DNA of 64,000 bases from Lophium mytilinum (GCA_010093605.1 MU004181.1:2728001-2792000); one strand, 5' to 3'. Positions 1 through 14,926 are shown, counted from the stretch's first letter. Numbers and translations: made by a program. Notes: a model not told the origin generated them from the letters alone.

Positions 1-3000
1 CCGAGCCCCAGATATCCTGATCGTTCTTTACTAGGTCTTGAAGTCGGCGGAATCCATGCGCATCGAGAGTCTTTGCCCGAATTCGTTCGATGCCACTGGC
101 CAGCAGCCTGCGATTCTTGAGAACGTCGGCGCGCTCTTGGGTGACCTGTGAGTCGTTGCTATTCGTGAGCATGACACTGCTAGTGCTTGTAGTTTTGTGA
201 TGTCTTCGTGACGGCTCATCGTCTCTAGCAGCTCCGTCTCCCATCATTGTCGCGCTCTCAACACTATCGCTGCTTAACCGGCGTTCGATTTTCTTCTCAT
301 TGAGAGGGAGCTCCTCCAATACGGGCTTGTCAGGGTCTGTAGATGTTGCACCGGGCTCGTCGCCGACAAATGGGTCTTCATACACCTGAACCTCGTCTGC
401 CTGCGCATCACCGGCCTGTCCATATGTACGATCTGGCGAACGGACACGGGGACTGCCTGACAGCCCAAGGGCAGGTGTCGTGTCCAAGCCCCCTACAATC
501 CGAGGACTTCCAAAACCTAACTTGGAAGCTGACTTCGGAGGACTGCGTTGATGTGACTGCTGACCTGAGGGCTGTGGCAAAGACATATTAGGGATGACCA
601 AAGTGAAGCCATCTTCATCTCCGGCGTGGGGAATGCCGCTATCCACGGACATAGTCTTCTCCAACCCCGCTCGCTTTCGGAACGGTAAAGTTTGCGATTC
701 ACTACCGCCTAGGAATTTCCCTCGCGGCATTACCATGGTCAGCTCCTCATCCTTGGATGGACTCCCTGCTGGGCTAGCTGTGCGGGCGCTGTCCCCGCTA
801 GGCGTCCTGCGGTGACTAGCAAGTTGCTCCAGGCGTGACTTGCTCCTGATAGGACTGATGTTCGGGCTTGGACGCTCTGGTCCGGTTCCCGTCCTGGGGC
901 GAATCGTACTCTTTGTTGTTGCGACTGACTTCTTCGTAGCAGGGGTCTTCTCAGGAGTCATTGAAGGTGTTACATTCTTTCCTGCTCGGCGGTGATACGG
1001 ATCTGCGGTTGCAGGTCGGGCTATTTCTGGTTTCCGTGGTCGACGCATTGGTGCAGCCATGAGGGCACCCGATGCTGTTGTGCTGGATGGGGCTCCTAGT
1101 CCTGACCTTGAAGCAGTGCTTCCAGACATCGCAGACGGTGGCCGGGCGGAATGTGGTGTGCTCGAAGCTGTAGAAACTTGGCGAAGATTTGAAGTCGATT
1201 TCGCTGTCTTCACAGGAGAAAAGGTTGCCTGAGCGGAGCTTGGACGCGCGGGCATCTGTTTTGCTAATCGCTCCCTCTTCTGCTCTGCAATCTTCTCTTT
1301 TAGAGTTTGTCTGGGTCCACTAGGTCCGACTGATTTCGAGAAAGAGCTTGGGGCGATCGCCGAAGCTTTGGGTGGGCCATTGGGATTGCTAGGGGCGTTT
1401 TCGAGGAGGCCTTTTTGCTTAGGATCAAGGTCTGCCATGATACTACAATCATCGTTAGTCTCATCCAAATTTCTAGTGGATAGCAACGTACGCTTCAGCC
1501 TTCTTTGGCCAAACAGGAGCAAACGTCCAGTATGCTGCCCTCATGCCTTCTCGGACTTTTGGATTAGCATCCGCAAGGCCTTTCTTTATTATCTTATCCA
1601 GCTGATCCAGTCCACCTGAGTGCTCTATATGTGATTTGTGTCTCCTGATCACAGTCTTGATCCAATTGGAGGAGTAAATTCGAGGTTGTACGTTCTTGTC
1701 AGAAGCTGCGAAAGCTACATGCTGTAGTAGTCTGCTGTTATATGATACATTCTGGAGAATCGCATCGACCGTAGTGTTGCCATTGTCGGCGGCAATCTTC
1801 TTCGTGGCCGCACACATCTTGACGGCGCTTTGTAGGAGAATTTCGGTTGACGGATCCAAAGCAGGTCCAAGTGTCTTAGCTAACTCTTGAATCAACAAGC
1901 AGCCATTAGTTGACATAGTCGTACGTAGCGAATTTGCGACCTTCAGAATGCCGTCCAGCATCGATTTGATGTTGGTCACGAACGCAACGTGAAACTCCGA
2001 CGGAGAATTCCCCTTGGTGATTCTACGGAGTTTCAGAGTGTCCTTATCACGAGGTAACCAGTTGCCTTCTGATTCTCTCCCTTCGAAATGTGGCAACATT
2101 TCTCGGAATATGTCATCGAGTTCTCTCTGGGTATGAACGTATATTGGATCCATTGGCACGACTTCAACGGGCGGTGGGGCCTCCGATATCATGCTATCAG
2201 CAAAGCCGGCGTTTGTATCAGCAGATGCGGTTGATGTAGATATCGCCGACGCAACTACGTCTTCAACGGGGGCAGTGCCACCGAGGTGAGCTACGATATA
2301 TGATGCGATCGACTTCCGGACGTTGAATGCGACCAGTTGCTTCTTCAGGTCGGACTTAGCATGTTCTGGCGCAGTCCTATATAGAAATTAGCAACCGAAC
2401 CATTTTGAGATCTTGCGAGCAAGCTCTCGTGCAAACGAGGTTGGCATGAGACTTACTTGAAGAGTTCGACTACAGCGTTCTTGGCGGTGTCTCTTACGAT
2501 GCCATCCCCATCCTCCAAATTTGCGACAATTCCAGGGACGAAGCTGCGGAACGGCAGAGCCTCGGTTTGATTCATCTAGACATGCTGTTAGCTCTAATAT
2601 GGCCTGGGGGAAGGGGCTCCGAACCTTGACGACCCATTCCATCGACATCTCCTTAGCGCGAGGATTGCTCCCTTTCATGGCCGTGTCTCGCATCAGGTTC
2701 TCCACGTCGGCATGGCACAGGGGCCAGAGGTCGGCCAGGAGCTGCGACGAGGCATTGCGATGGCTCTCGCGCGGATCGCCCAGTTTATCGAGGAGTAGAG
2801 GGAGGATGCGACCGCTCTGCGTTGTGATGACTGCCGTCTGGTCCTGTAGCACCAGACGCTTGATAAGGTGGCCGAGAGTTGAGAAGCCGGTCGAGACGAG
2901 GGCGGCCGAGGTGGAGGCTGTGATAGCGAGCTTGACGCACTCGAGAATGGGTGCCTGGGCAGCTTCAGGGACGCGGAGATGCTTGATGTTGGACTTGAGG

Positions 3001-3083
3001 TTGTTGAAAAGGGCGAGCTTAGTGTCCACGGCGGTGGAGGGCTTCTTCAGGGCCGCGAGGAGGGTGGCCGCCTGGTCCTCCAT
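1..3083 (-). CDS. STU1: CLASP/Stu1 microtubule-stabilising protein, 5' part; intron-containing, continues past the left window edge
   Basis: ORFs 2388-3083 and 1473-2192 give two TOG/CLASP_N-like HEAT regions (LLDKLGD..., FEGRESEGNW..R, SLRTTMS, CAATKKI, DANPKVRE). A Ser/Pro/Arg-rich region follows and its frame stays open to position 1. Confidence 0.88.
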
Positions 3084-3886
3084 AGTGCCGGTGGTGTTAT
3101 TGGGAGTCTGTTGCGGTGCGGGGAGAGAACATGGGGTGGTGTGTTGGTGTCGACTGGAGGGTGCGCGTTGGGCGCCGTGTTGACGTTGTTTGGTGTTCTA
3201 GCGTGGCTGTTGCCCGCGACGATTTAATTCACTCCGCAGGGATCAGGGGTCATGCACAACTTACATAGATAACCACCACCATAGATTTCTCGAGGTGACA
3301 GGTATCTTCAATATGTGGATGTTCTACTGTAAACATAAAGCCTGAGCTTGCTCGCCTCGTCGGCCCTTGGAAGCATCTCCTTCTGTGTTTACATCTAGGT
3401 ACCAACCTCACTGGAACAAAAAGGGGGAGTCACGCATCTGTGAGTCTGTTCCGGAACATCATATCCCATTGACGCACACTCCCTCTATGGTTGTGTACAC
3501 TTACCTAGAACGGCTTCAGCTTCCTTGGTATGTTATTGAACGTGGCATAGCGACATGTGTCGCCATTCTGATTGCTCGCGTTAAACGGTGCTGCACTGCC
3601 ACTCTGTGTTCAACGGAGCCTGGGTATAGCTCAAAGCGTAAGTTTGTGCCACTCGTAATTTCCTACTCCGTAGCGCACTTCAACTTCATAGCAGGAGCGC
3701 TTAAGACATTTGCAAGTCACCTCATAGACTATTTCAACCGCTTCATGTGGGATATAAAAGAGTGACATTTTCTCGGTTTAAACTACTGGCCTCGCACATA
3801 ATCAAGTACTAAGCGAAGACTGTTTCATCGTGTCCCTCACCGCGATCTCCTATCTTGTCTCACATTATCTTCGTTCGGTACAAGCC

Positions 3887-5048
<1,162 letters not shown>

Positions 5049-5105
5049 CTATCACCCTTTGTCTGTCCATCTGTTAGAGGTCCCCAATGGCAAAGTTAAG
5101 GGAAG

Positions 5106-5233
5106 GCATGAATCCTTTCGCTGGTATTATCCAGATCAAGTTCGATAACCGTATAATCTCAGACCGAACCTAGCGCCCCTTCCTCCCTAAGACGGGAGAG
5201 TAGAAGGCACTAGGAACGGACACCGGTTCATGC
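5106..5233 (-). ncRNA. TPP (thiamine pyrophosphate) riboswitch aptamer in the THI4 5' leader intron
   Basis: Minus strand reads GCAUGAACCGGUG...CUGAGAUUAUAC...GAACUUGAUCUGGAUAAUACCAGCGAAAGGAUUCAUGC. P1 is GCAUGAA/UUCAUGC, the CUGAGA and GAUAAU-CCAGCGAAAGG cores are present, and P3 is a long hairpin. It lies just upstream of THI4. Confidence 0.97.
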
Positions 5234-5290
5234 TCAATGTGTGCACATTGAAAATACCTTGACTGATTGGGGATAATTCCCGCATGGGCT

Positions 5291-5359
5291 TCATGTCTTC
5301 CGCCATTGTGGTGGGCAGTACTTTGCTGTTTGCTTTGGCACCTGAGACACGTCAGCCAT
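5291..5359 (-). other. Upstream ORF (22 aa, MADVSQVPKQTAKYCPPQWRKT) in the THI4 leader
   Basis: ATG at 5359 and TGA at 5291, between the TATA box and the riboswitch-proximal donor at 5257. This resembles the uORF arrangement of fungal TPP riboswitch leaders. Confidence 0.6.
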
Positions 5360-5466
5360 TGGGACTCGAATTAGGGGTAGGTATAAAACTACGAGTTGTG
5401 TAGGCTGGTGTTTTGTATTGCTGCGGGTCGAAAGAGGATGTTCGTGGCACGAAGGATGGAATGACT

Positions 5467-5474
5467 CTTTTATA
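5467..5474 (-). promoter_or_regulatory. TATA box of THI4
   Basis: TATAAAAG on the minus strand, upstream of the leader and riboswitch. Confidence 0.6.
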
Positions 5475-5930
5475 CCTGGAGGGAGGCGGGGTAATATTGA
5501 CCCCAGTGACCCAACGTCACGACCCACTCTTCTTCGCTGACTGATATCGTGGCACTGATCGAATGATGCATTCGGTATGCAAATTTCATGTATACAGTTC
5601 TCGTCAACCTAAAACCACCTTTAAGTGGCTCTGCAACACAGATAGGTCGGGTTCTTGTGCTGCATGACCGAAACACATACCATTTTTATAGCGTCCTCGA
5701 TTTACCATGGGCCAAAAGACTTGTGGAAAACGCTTGTCATTTTCTATGTAAGCGAACACAGTAATGAACTCTGAGGTAGCCTTCACTTTAGAAGGTAGTT
5801 GACATACGCGCGTTTACTTAGAACGTCTTAGGATTTGTTCGTCATGACTAGAAATGAGCTCTTGTAGAGAGAGAGCATCAAATAGCGAGCTCGTATGCTC
5901 TAAAATGATACTAACAGATGTCCCTGAGAA

Positions 5931-8900
5931 TTAAGTTCTGCTCTTCGCCTTCGCCCAGCCTCCCCAGTCTGTCTTACCTATTTGCTCACCCAAGCCCGTT
6001 ATGCCTTGTCCCTCTTCCCAGCTCTGCCACTCTCCTAGTCCGAACAAATGTCGCATCGTGGGCCTGCCGTGCGGACAGCTCCAAGGCTTTTCCATACTAC
6101 CCATATGCCGCACCACCTTCTCCATTTGACCGAGCTTCAATGTTTTGCCTATCATGACGCTTCCCCTGCAAGCTCTGCTGGCGAGCAAACGCCTGACTTT
6201 GGTCGGACGCGGGATTTCCTGTCCGATGTGGCCGTGCTCGGAGAGCAGTGCTAGCAATTCCTCGAGGTCAGAAGGTTTGAATGTAACCTCCCGGCTCATG
6301 GGTAAGGCGAGTAGTTGACAGCGCTCTCCCACCGGCAAATCACCAGAAGTGTCGATGCTAACGATGAAACCATTTGCAAGAAGAACGGATTCGTTGGCGA
6401 GAATGACCTCCTCTTCAATAGCGGTCAGAGTCAAAGGATGTGGGCGGACAAGGCGCTGAGGAACAAGAGTTGTCGAACTAGCTAGCCGTTCAAAGTTGTA
6501 TTTCTCGTCCGAGGCATGCTGATCGATGATGAATAGATCAGAGGCGGATTTGATATTGTGGCCTCCAGAGACTTTCGGCGGAATGAAAGGTCGGACGGCC
6601 AGGATGAAGCCGAGGTTGAACTGCCCAATTATTCGCATACGGTCAAAGTCAGATTTGGCAACGGTGAGAGAAAGTCGCTCCTCGGGAGTTGCGAGTGTTG
6701 CTAGGTTGGCACGAGTATCCTCTTCTTCAACAGCATCCGAGAGCTCGTTGACAGTTGCGCCGATTGCCTGATTCAAGGACGAGAGTCTCTCTCCTAGGTT
6801 TTCAATAGATATTTCGATATATTGGACGAGCTGGAGAGTGGAATAGCGCTTGCTAGTGCCTCTCAAAACAGTCGCTGCACGTTTGACATTGTCCTGGGAA
6901 GGTCGTGCAGCCGCTTGTTCTGCTGCTGCAATCATTCGTGCAACTTTGGCGTCTTCACGCAACTTCTTCTCTTCTTCGTCCACATACTCGCCATCAGAGT
7001 CGTCCTCGTTCCCATTCTCTGTTACTACTTCGCCAGTCTCGTCAATCTGCTCCGTGCTATGGTTTTTACTTTGAGGGTTTTGATCAACGTCTTCTGTCTC
7101 TGACTCCCCATCAAGCCTCTCGTCTGCATCCGGATCAGCAGGCGGGCTGTGACTTTCATTTTCGACAGAGCCACTACTCTCTGGCTCGGCATTGTCTACT
7201 CTTGTTAACGGATCACCACCACCTTCGTCGCTGTCCTCTTCACTTTCTACTCGAGTGCCTGGAGCGGCAAACGCCTTTAATGCGCTTCCGAACAATGGCG
7301 TCGGCGTTGCATTGACTCCATATTTTGGAGTATGGATGCGGCGGCGTTTCCTTGGCGTACTTCCGACAGTTGCTATCGTAGTAGTATCTCCGACAGTGAT
7401 TGTAGCTGTTTCTACAGGAGTTCTTTTGAGCCTCATCCTATCAAATGCATTCTGAATTGTGCTCTGGGTGGCTCTCTGCGGGGTCTGCTTGATCGTCGCG
7501 ATAATTTGCTCTGGTGGCGACTCGGGCGACATCGTAGCTTCATTCTCCATTTCTTTCGCATGCTGCGAGGCTATGCGAGCGTTGAAGTCTTGGACCTCGT
7601 GTGGACTCCTCGACGAAGCAGGAAATGGGAGGTCCTGAGAAATGTCCTGTTCTAGAGCTTGTCTGTCCGAATCATCTATAACCGTTCCATCTTTCGAATG
7701 CAATAACTTTATAAGCTTTTCCTTTCCCCTCGAGATGGCCCCTGGTTCGGTGACTGTTGGTGAGCGTTCATTTCTAAGTTCCGCGTTCCGTCCAACAAAG
7801 TTCTGAATGAGACTGATTGGCGTACCATGGTGTGGAGCCGCTGCGTCGCTACTTCTAGACGACTGCGGTTCGTGGTGTTCACTGCGTATTACATTATCCT
7901 CCTCATTTGCGCCAGGCGAGGGCAGGTCAAGCTCCCGAGCCACGCCTGGAGATTCCCGCGCTACGGTCAACGGCCGATAGTCAGGCAGTTTGCGGACCGA
8001 GAGCTGTGCTTGAGGCACGCTTTGGTCGTGTTCTTCAAAGAGTTGTGTCAATGTGGATTTTAGTTTTTCTAAGAGGGTGGTTTGGTCATGCAAAAGAATG
8101 GTTCTCTTATCAGGAGAAACATTGACATCGTAGGCGTTAGTATCAATCCTGAGATCGGCAAAAATGAAAGGGGATTGCGTAACGTTGTACGATTTGTACA
8201 CTTCGTTGAAAGCTTTTGAGACTTGGGGAAGAGCGCAAGGACGGGAGTTGACGAAGAACATTTGGCGATCAGGAGCCTGTCGACCCTCGCCTATTACAGG
8301 GCGTGATATATGACCGAGAATTTCGACCCTGCTCGACCCGCAATCCTCTTGCGTGCTCCAATCTTTGGCACTCTGGGTTGGTCTCGCAGAAGGGTCCATT
8401 TCGAATTTCAATTCTAGAGGAACCAGGGCGAGCAACGTCTTGGCACCGTAGATGTTTGCTATGTTATCCCGGGTTGTCGGATTTGCCTTGGTAGAGAATG
8501 CTACCACTTTCTTCCTAGGTTGAACGTTAGATTTATGACGACGTGAGGTGTACTAAGACTGTTTACCCTTTCGGCATTTGGTTGCTGACTGAAAAGCGCA
8601 CGCTGGCGCTGACACAAGCGTACGCGTGCAGCAGGCCCAGGACTTTTCCATATTCTCGCTTTACGTTCCTCTCCAATTCCCTTCGTCGAACAGGCAAGTT
8701 GTTAAAGAGACTCTCGACAGTGACTGTCGTTCCCTTCTGGCTGGCCACCACCGATGTGCCCTTCAGCGCACCTGAGACTTTGAAGTCGAGTTTCGTGCCT
8801 TTGGGGGCATCCAGTGCTCTTGCTGTAGTAATGGAGAAGTTGGAAAGCGCGCAAAGGGAGGATAAGGCTTCGCCACGGAAGCCAAAGGTTTGGAGGGAAG

Positions 8901-9333
8901 AGAGGTCATCGTAGGAAGAGAGTTTGGAGGTGTAGTGCTTCAGAGCTGTAAAGAGTTAGAGGCTTTTTATTTGCTGGGAAGCGGGGAAGACGTTTGTTAC
9001 CTATTGTCTCGTAATCATCCGGCGCAATACCCTCGCCGTTGTCTTGCACTTCAATGGAGTCCAGCCCGTGGTTCTTGAAGCGTACCTCTTGAACAAACTG
9101 AAGTCAGCACTGCCATAGCAGATAATGGCAATGAGCTGGTCCTGGGTAGACATACCAATGGATGTAGCTCCAGCATCCAGGCCGTTTTCGACGAGCTCCT
9201 TCACGACAGAGCAGATGTCGACAATGACCTGGCCGGATTGGATTTGGTGGACCTAGCAGGCGTGAGCACGGTGCAGTCAGTAGCAGATGGTGGCACTCAC
9301 AGACCTGCCCTCGATGGGCTTGATAGTGGCCAT
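5931..9333 (-). CDS. PMS1: MutL-family mismatch repair endonuclease Pms1/PMS2, multi-exon
   Basis: N-terminal MATIKPIEGRSVHQIQSGQV, VKELVENGLDAGA and TFGFRGEAL (GHKL ATPase). C-terminal GQFNLGFI, DQHASDEKYNFE, ACR and CPHGRP endonuclease motifs. Confidence 0.96.
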
Positions 9334-10106
9334 TTCAGCCCATTGCGAGCTTCAGAGCTGCGCAGAAGTGGTTCCAGGTTGAGGGAGGGCGCGTAGTCTC
9401 CAGCACGCTGTCACGTGACTATCAGATTAGATAAGATTACATCCCACTTCACGTCTTCTCCAACATCAGGCCACTCGGCCACTCCAGCTCCTCCAGCTCT
9501 CTCCTCCATGTGACGATGCGACGGCCTCCGCCCCGGGCGCCATTTACTAGGCACAGTGAATCGGATGCAGCCACGTGCGCCACCGCCACTGTCTGCCTGC
9601 GCGAACAGAAGCTTTGGAAGCCGGCCCAGCAAACGCCTGGAACTGTCGTCAGGCCAGACTACTGATGGCACGACCGAATATTCAATTCTTGGGCTGGCTT
9701 CTCTAATTGGTGCTTGCGGGAGTGCCGCAGAGTCTACGGAGTCCCTCCGATGCCTGGGTCCTCCCGCACTTGCAGCGGGCATCCTGCCCATCGTCTTCCT
9801 AAATGCCATATGGCTCTAGCGTTTGCCGTGAAGTATATGCACCGCCGGATGCACCGCCGGGTCGGCACCGTGTGCCGCACACCCTGCAGCTGCCCGACAC
9901 CCTGGCACCTGGTCTTTGGGTCGTCCCCCGCCGAAGCGAGCCGTGAATCCTTCGTCCCGCCTTCAGCTGCAACTCCAACTCTTCAACTAAGTCCTCCGTA
10001 GAGCTGCCGTGTGCGACCTCTCCCTACTGCTACTATACCCTCATCAGAACATGTGAACTCAACATCATACGGCGCCCCTCTCGCCAAACCTCACCTCCCG
10101 CGAGAT

Positions 10107-13100
10107 ATGGCGTCCCTGTCTCCGTCCATTTCGGCCATCTGTAGCGCGCAGCCTCTTCCTATCACTATTGCTGAGCGCGAGCGTCTGCGGGATCTTTCAA
10201 GGTACCGAGCAATGAGCAAGATACTTTGCCTACTACGATAAGCTAATCCTTGATATCCCTTCAGTTATTTTGCCGCTGCCTCCATCAGTCCCATCCCGCA
10301 AACAGGCGGCACACCTATCCAACCCAATATTTCCCCGGATCGCATATTAACCGGTCTCACTCAGCTTGGCGCCATTCGTCTTAACAGTAATCGGGCGTTT
10401 GTGTCCCTGATCGATGGCAAGCATCAGTATATTGTGGCTGAGGCGACCAAGACCGTCTCGCTCAAGGACTCCAAGCGATGTAGCCCAGGCGACGAGGTCT
10501 ATTTGGGCACCTCACAGCTTGACATCTCTTGGGGCGTGTGTCCCGGCACTATGAAACTGTTCACCGACGAGACTGGAAAACTGGCCATTGACTCCGCAAA
10601 TATCACTGCTGATTCCCACCGCTACATAATTCGTGACTTCCAAGCGGACCCGGAATACAGTGAACGGCCGTACGTCAAAGGGTGGCCCTATATGCGCTGC
10701 TATGTCGAAGTCCCCTTGATTTCTCCCGCAGGATATGTTATAGGTAGCTACTGTATAGTCGACAACAGGTAACCTTCTCTCCTCGTTCATCCGAGCAGGC
10801 GAAGCTCACCTATGCTCTTTAGGCTTCGAGATGATCTGGACGATGAGTGCGTGAGCGTATTGACCGAAACATCCCATGCTATAATGGAGCATCTAGAAAA
10901 CATGAGGATAAAAACCATGCAATCTCGCACCAATCATCTCCTGGAAGGCTTAGGAATGTTCATGGATGGAGACTCGTGTCTCAATAGCACGGCGCGAATG
11001 CATAAAAGACAGCGCAAGGGGCTCCTACGAGTTTCTGAACCAGAATCCAACAGTGCTCTTCGAACTGCCAATTTCCAGTCAAAAGACGCTGTCCGGACCT
11101 TCACTCTACCAGATTCTGGCGCAGAGTCTTCGTTTCTTTCGTCCTCCGACGGCATCGCCGTCACGCCGTCCACCGTTCACTCTAATATCAACTCGTTTCC
11201 CCTCACTACGCCTGACAGCATGCCACCGGACCCAGTCGCTACTCCTGATCCCGAAAAGAACCTTGATACTCCTATAGAGGCTGTTGTTGCCAAGAAGTCT
11301 CGCAGCCGCAGCATTGCCAAGCTACCAAACTCGCATCAGAAACAGTCAGTCGTCACACCAGAAATTCAGAATATTGTGGCAGTCGCAGGAAGTCTCATCC
11401 GTGATTCAATGGACATTTCTGGCGTCGTTTTCCTCGATGCCCATTCAACCCATCGAAAGACAACCACGGATTTTGCATCTTCTCCGACACAGGGCAACGA
11501 CGCTAGTCTTACTACTCACAGTGCACTTGGAGCTGAGGATACGGAGAACCAGATGGTCTGCGCTATACTGGGTCTCTCGTTGTCAGCACAAGCAGCCAAC
11601 GAGGACTCACAAGATGAAGACTTATTCAATCTCCCCGAAAGACTGCTGCAGCAAATGATTGATTCTCATCCTAACGGGCGGATATTCTCAGCTGATGAAT
11701 TCGGACTGCTCTCGGACAAAGAAGCGAAAACTGCTAACCCCAGTCTCATGAGTTCGAATGAACCGAATACATCTCAGGGAACATTGGAGGCTTCCAAGTT
11801 CTTTGAGTCATTCGAAGGGTCACGATCAATTATTTTCCTTCCATTATGGGATGTGCACCGAGACGGTCGGTACTTCTTCACTACGGATGTATTCTATGCT
11901 AACGAAAGGATTCTTCAGGCTTCTTTGCAGCTGTAATTGCCTGGACAACTGGTGAGTATCAAGTCTGGCTACAGTGCATCACAAGCTCATACTAAACCAT
12001 GTAGATTTTGAACGTCTCTTCGGACCGACAGATCTCACATACCTATCAGCGTTCGGTAATTCGATAATGGCTGAAGTGGCAAGAGTTGAGGCTATGGCCA
12101 CCAGTGTAAAGATTTCTCCGTCCAGATTTGATGCTATGAAGCTAACATAATATAGAGGGCCAAGTCTGACTTCATATCAAGTTTGAGTCATGAGATACGG
12201 AGTCCACTACATGGCATTCTTGCTAGCTCAGAGCTTCTCAGAGAGTCGCTGGGTCCATCCGCTTCTGATCATGTTTCAGACATGGTTGCTATGATTGAAT
12301 CATGCGGCAACACTCTTCTTGATACTCTGACTAATCTCCTTGACTTTGCTAAAATCAACAGTCTGCTTAAGCCTCAGTCAAGTAGCCCTGACGTCCCCAA
12401 AAAGCCTCAAGAAGTCGACGTCCGAATGAGTATCAAGCAGGATGTCGATATGAGCCTCCTGGTTCAGGATGTCATTGAAGGGGTATATCTTGGATTCAAC
12501 GGATATTCCTCTAGAACCTCTCCCAACATGGACCAACACAGCCAGCATTGGATTCATTCTCAGAACCCCTCATCTCAGGAAGGTATAACACAGGAATCAC
12601 CGTTAGTCACATTCAACATCGAAAATCGATCGTCATGGATCCTAGAGCTCGATGTCGGGGCATGGAAGAGGATTGTCATGAACGTTTTTGGCAACGCGAT
12701 CAAGTACACACCTGGCTCCGGCACAATTCAAGCATCTTTAAGAGTTGAAGCTATGCCAGGAACCACGGACGGAGGTGACGCTATTTGCTTTGAGGTTGCC
12801 GATACGGGTATAGGTAATGCCTTCTCAGTAAAGGCGCGCTGCATATGACTCACAATAACACAGGAATGAGCGCCCAGTATCAGAAAGACCATTTGTTCAA
12901 ACCTTTCGCCCAAGTATGACTTCGACTCCGATCTTTCTGACATGGTATTGGTGTGCTGAACGATTTCTTTAGGAAAATACTCTTAGTGTCGGCACCGGCC
13001 TCGGACTTAGTATCGTACACCAACTCGTAACAAGCCTCAAGGGAATGATTGAAGTCGAAAGTGAAGCTGGAGTTGGCACACGTGTCAAGATATCAGTTCC

Positions 13101-14362
13101 GCTTGTCAAAGCTCCGCCGGCTCGCCTCTTGGAACTGGATCTTCCTACCGTTTCATCCTCGTTCCAGGGCCGCCACATACGCATCATTGTACCATCTACA
13201 GACCCATCACCAGATCACTTCGAAATTGACTCTAACACGTCTAAACGGGCGCTGTCTCTTCAGACCTCTCTTCAAACTCTGCTGAAAGATTGGTTCGGCG
13301 CCAATGTTACTCTAGACACGGAAATAGGCGTGACGGAGGCTGATCTGTACATTACCGAGGAATCGACCTTTGACTCATCAAAAGCTACTTGGGACCTCCA
13401 TGGTTCAGAAGCTACCGGCCACGAGTTAGCGCCTCTGCTCATCCTTCGCTCGAACTCCCACGTAGGAAAGCGGAAATTAGCCACTGATGGGAGAAAAGTG
13501 GCCTACATGCGCTATCCGTAAGTTATGCACTTTTTGAACTGCAGCATTCGAATTCCCCGGCCGATCTAACATATTTTAGGGTTGGTCCCAAAAAGATGGC
13601 AGCGTACCTTAAGCAGGTGTTCAACGGAGCTGTGGCGTCAGAAAAACACGCGAGTGAAGCTACACCAGAAGAGCCTTTCATCGAACACGTTCACATCAGT
13701 GCCGATGCCGATACCACAAATGATGAAGAAGCCGTGTCGGAAGCCTTAGTGAACGGAACCAAGTCCGGCTTCAACACTTCAAAGCTCGAAGAGGCAATGG
13801 TTGCTGTCCACATCACAGACGTCACTTCTCCAGTCCCAGCCGAAACCATTCCCGAGCCCATCACTTCTGCCACCCCCGCGTCTATCAATCCCGAGCCCTC
13901 AGACCCACCCGGCCAACACGTTCTCTGCGTAGACGACAATGCTATAAACCTCAAGGTAGGCCCAGCCCCCTCATTCCCGTATTAACACCCCCACTAACCG
14001 CTTCAAATGGACAGATTATCACGACAACCGTCAAAAAACTCGGCCTCGCTTGCGCCGCCGCTATTAACGGCCTTGACGCCCTCAACACCTACAAATCTAC
14101 CCCAATCCCCTTCACGACCATTTTCATGGACATCAACATGCCCATCATGGACGGCTTCGAGGCGACCCGCAACATCCGCGAGTACGAGCGCGCGAACCAG
14201 CTCCCGCGGTCCCAGATAGTAGCGCTGACGGGGATGGGAAGTGCGAGCTCGCAGCACGAGGCGCTGAACTGTGGTGTTGATCTGTTTTTGACCAAGCCGG
14301 TGCCGATGAAGACGCTGAAGGGGATTCTGAGTGGTACGATTGGGCAGAGGGAGAACGGATAA
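10107..14362 (+). CDS. Hybrid sensor histidine kinase (GAF - HisKA - HATPase - receiver), many introns
   Basis: GAF-like region (RPYVKGWPYMRCYVEVPLISPAGYVIGSYC), H-box SHEIRSPLHGI, N-box NVFGNAIKYT, G boxes DTGIG and GTGLGLSIV, receiver VDDNAINLK...FMDINMPIMDG...LTKP. Exons join in frame via GT-AG introns. Confidence 0.93.
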
Positions 14363-14926
14363 TGAGTAGATCAGTCAGTGGGCTGAACCCATAGAATTGC
14401 GTCTCCTACGCGGAAAGTGATTTCGTTTCAAGCAACATATACCCCGTAGACGAAGACTTCTGATAAGAGGCAAGAGATCAGGAAAGAGGGCGTACACCCC
14501 CGCCACTGGCCGGGAGCGTCTATGATTTTCGGTACTAAGAGGATTGGCATAGGCATTCATTTGCAGCCAAGTAATATCAGGACGTTTGCTCATACTCTCT
14601 GCTTGATTGAAGGTGTTGATGAATGAATGCGTTGATAAGGATTAGCGTCTTGGCATTTGCATCGATCTCCCTCTGCGGCTTGGCGGCAAAAGCGAGTTTA
14701 GGTTATCATCACGGCTGCACACGTTTTTACCTGATTGCCTTGCTCTCGCAGTGCCTGCTCTATATGTGTATTCATCATAAGCGACAGCACATGAACAGAT
14801 TATCAAACAGGCCGACAACATGCATTCCCTAATTTGCTACCGCACGACGCAGCAATCGCATCGTATTCAAACACCGCTCTGACCTCCCCTATAATCTGGC
14901 TGAGCCGACAGATGACCTCCCATACA

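Noticed and set aside
2521..3183. Long antisense ORFs (also 21900-22535, 50386-51000, 57939-58508)
   Set aside because: They lie opposite clear genes and are expected from codon bias.
9411..10001. ORFs between the divergent PMS1 and histidine kinase genes
   Set aside because: No protein-like features; most likely promoter and 5' UTR sequence.
14580..14790. ATGATGA...CTGA on the minus strand as a C/D snoRNA
   Set aside because: The boxes are far apart, with no terminal stem and no recognisable rRNA guide.
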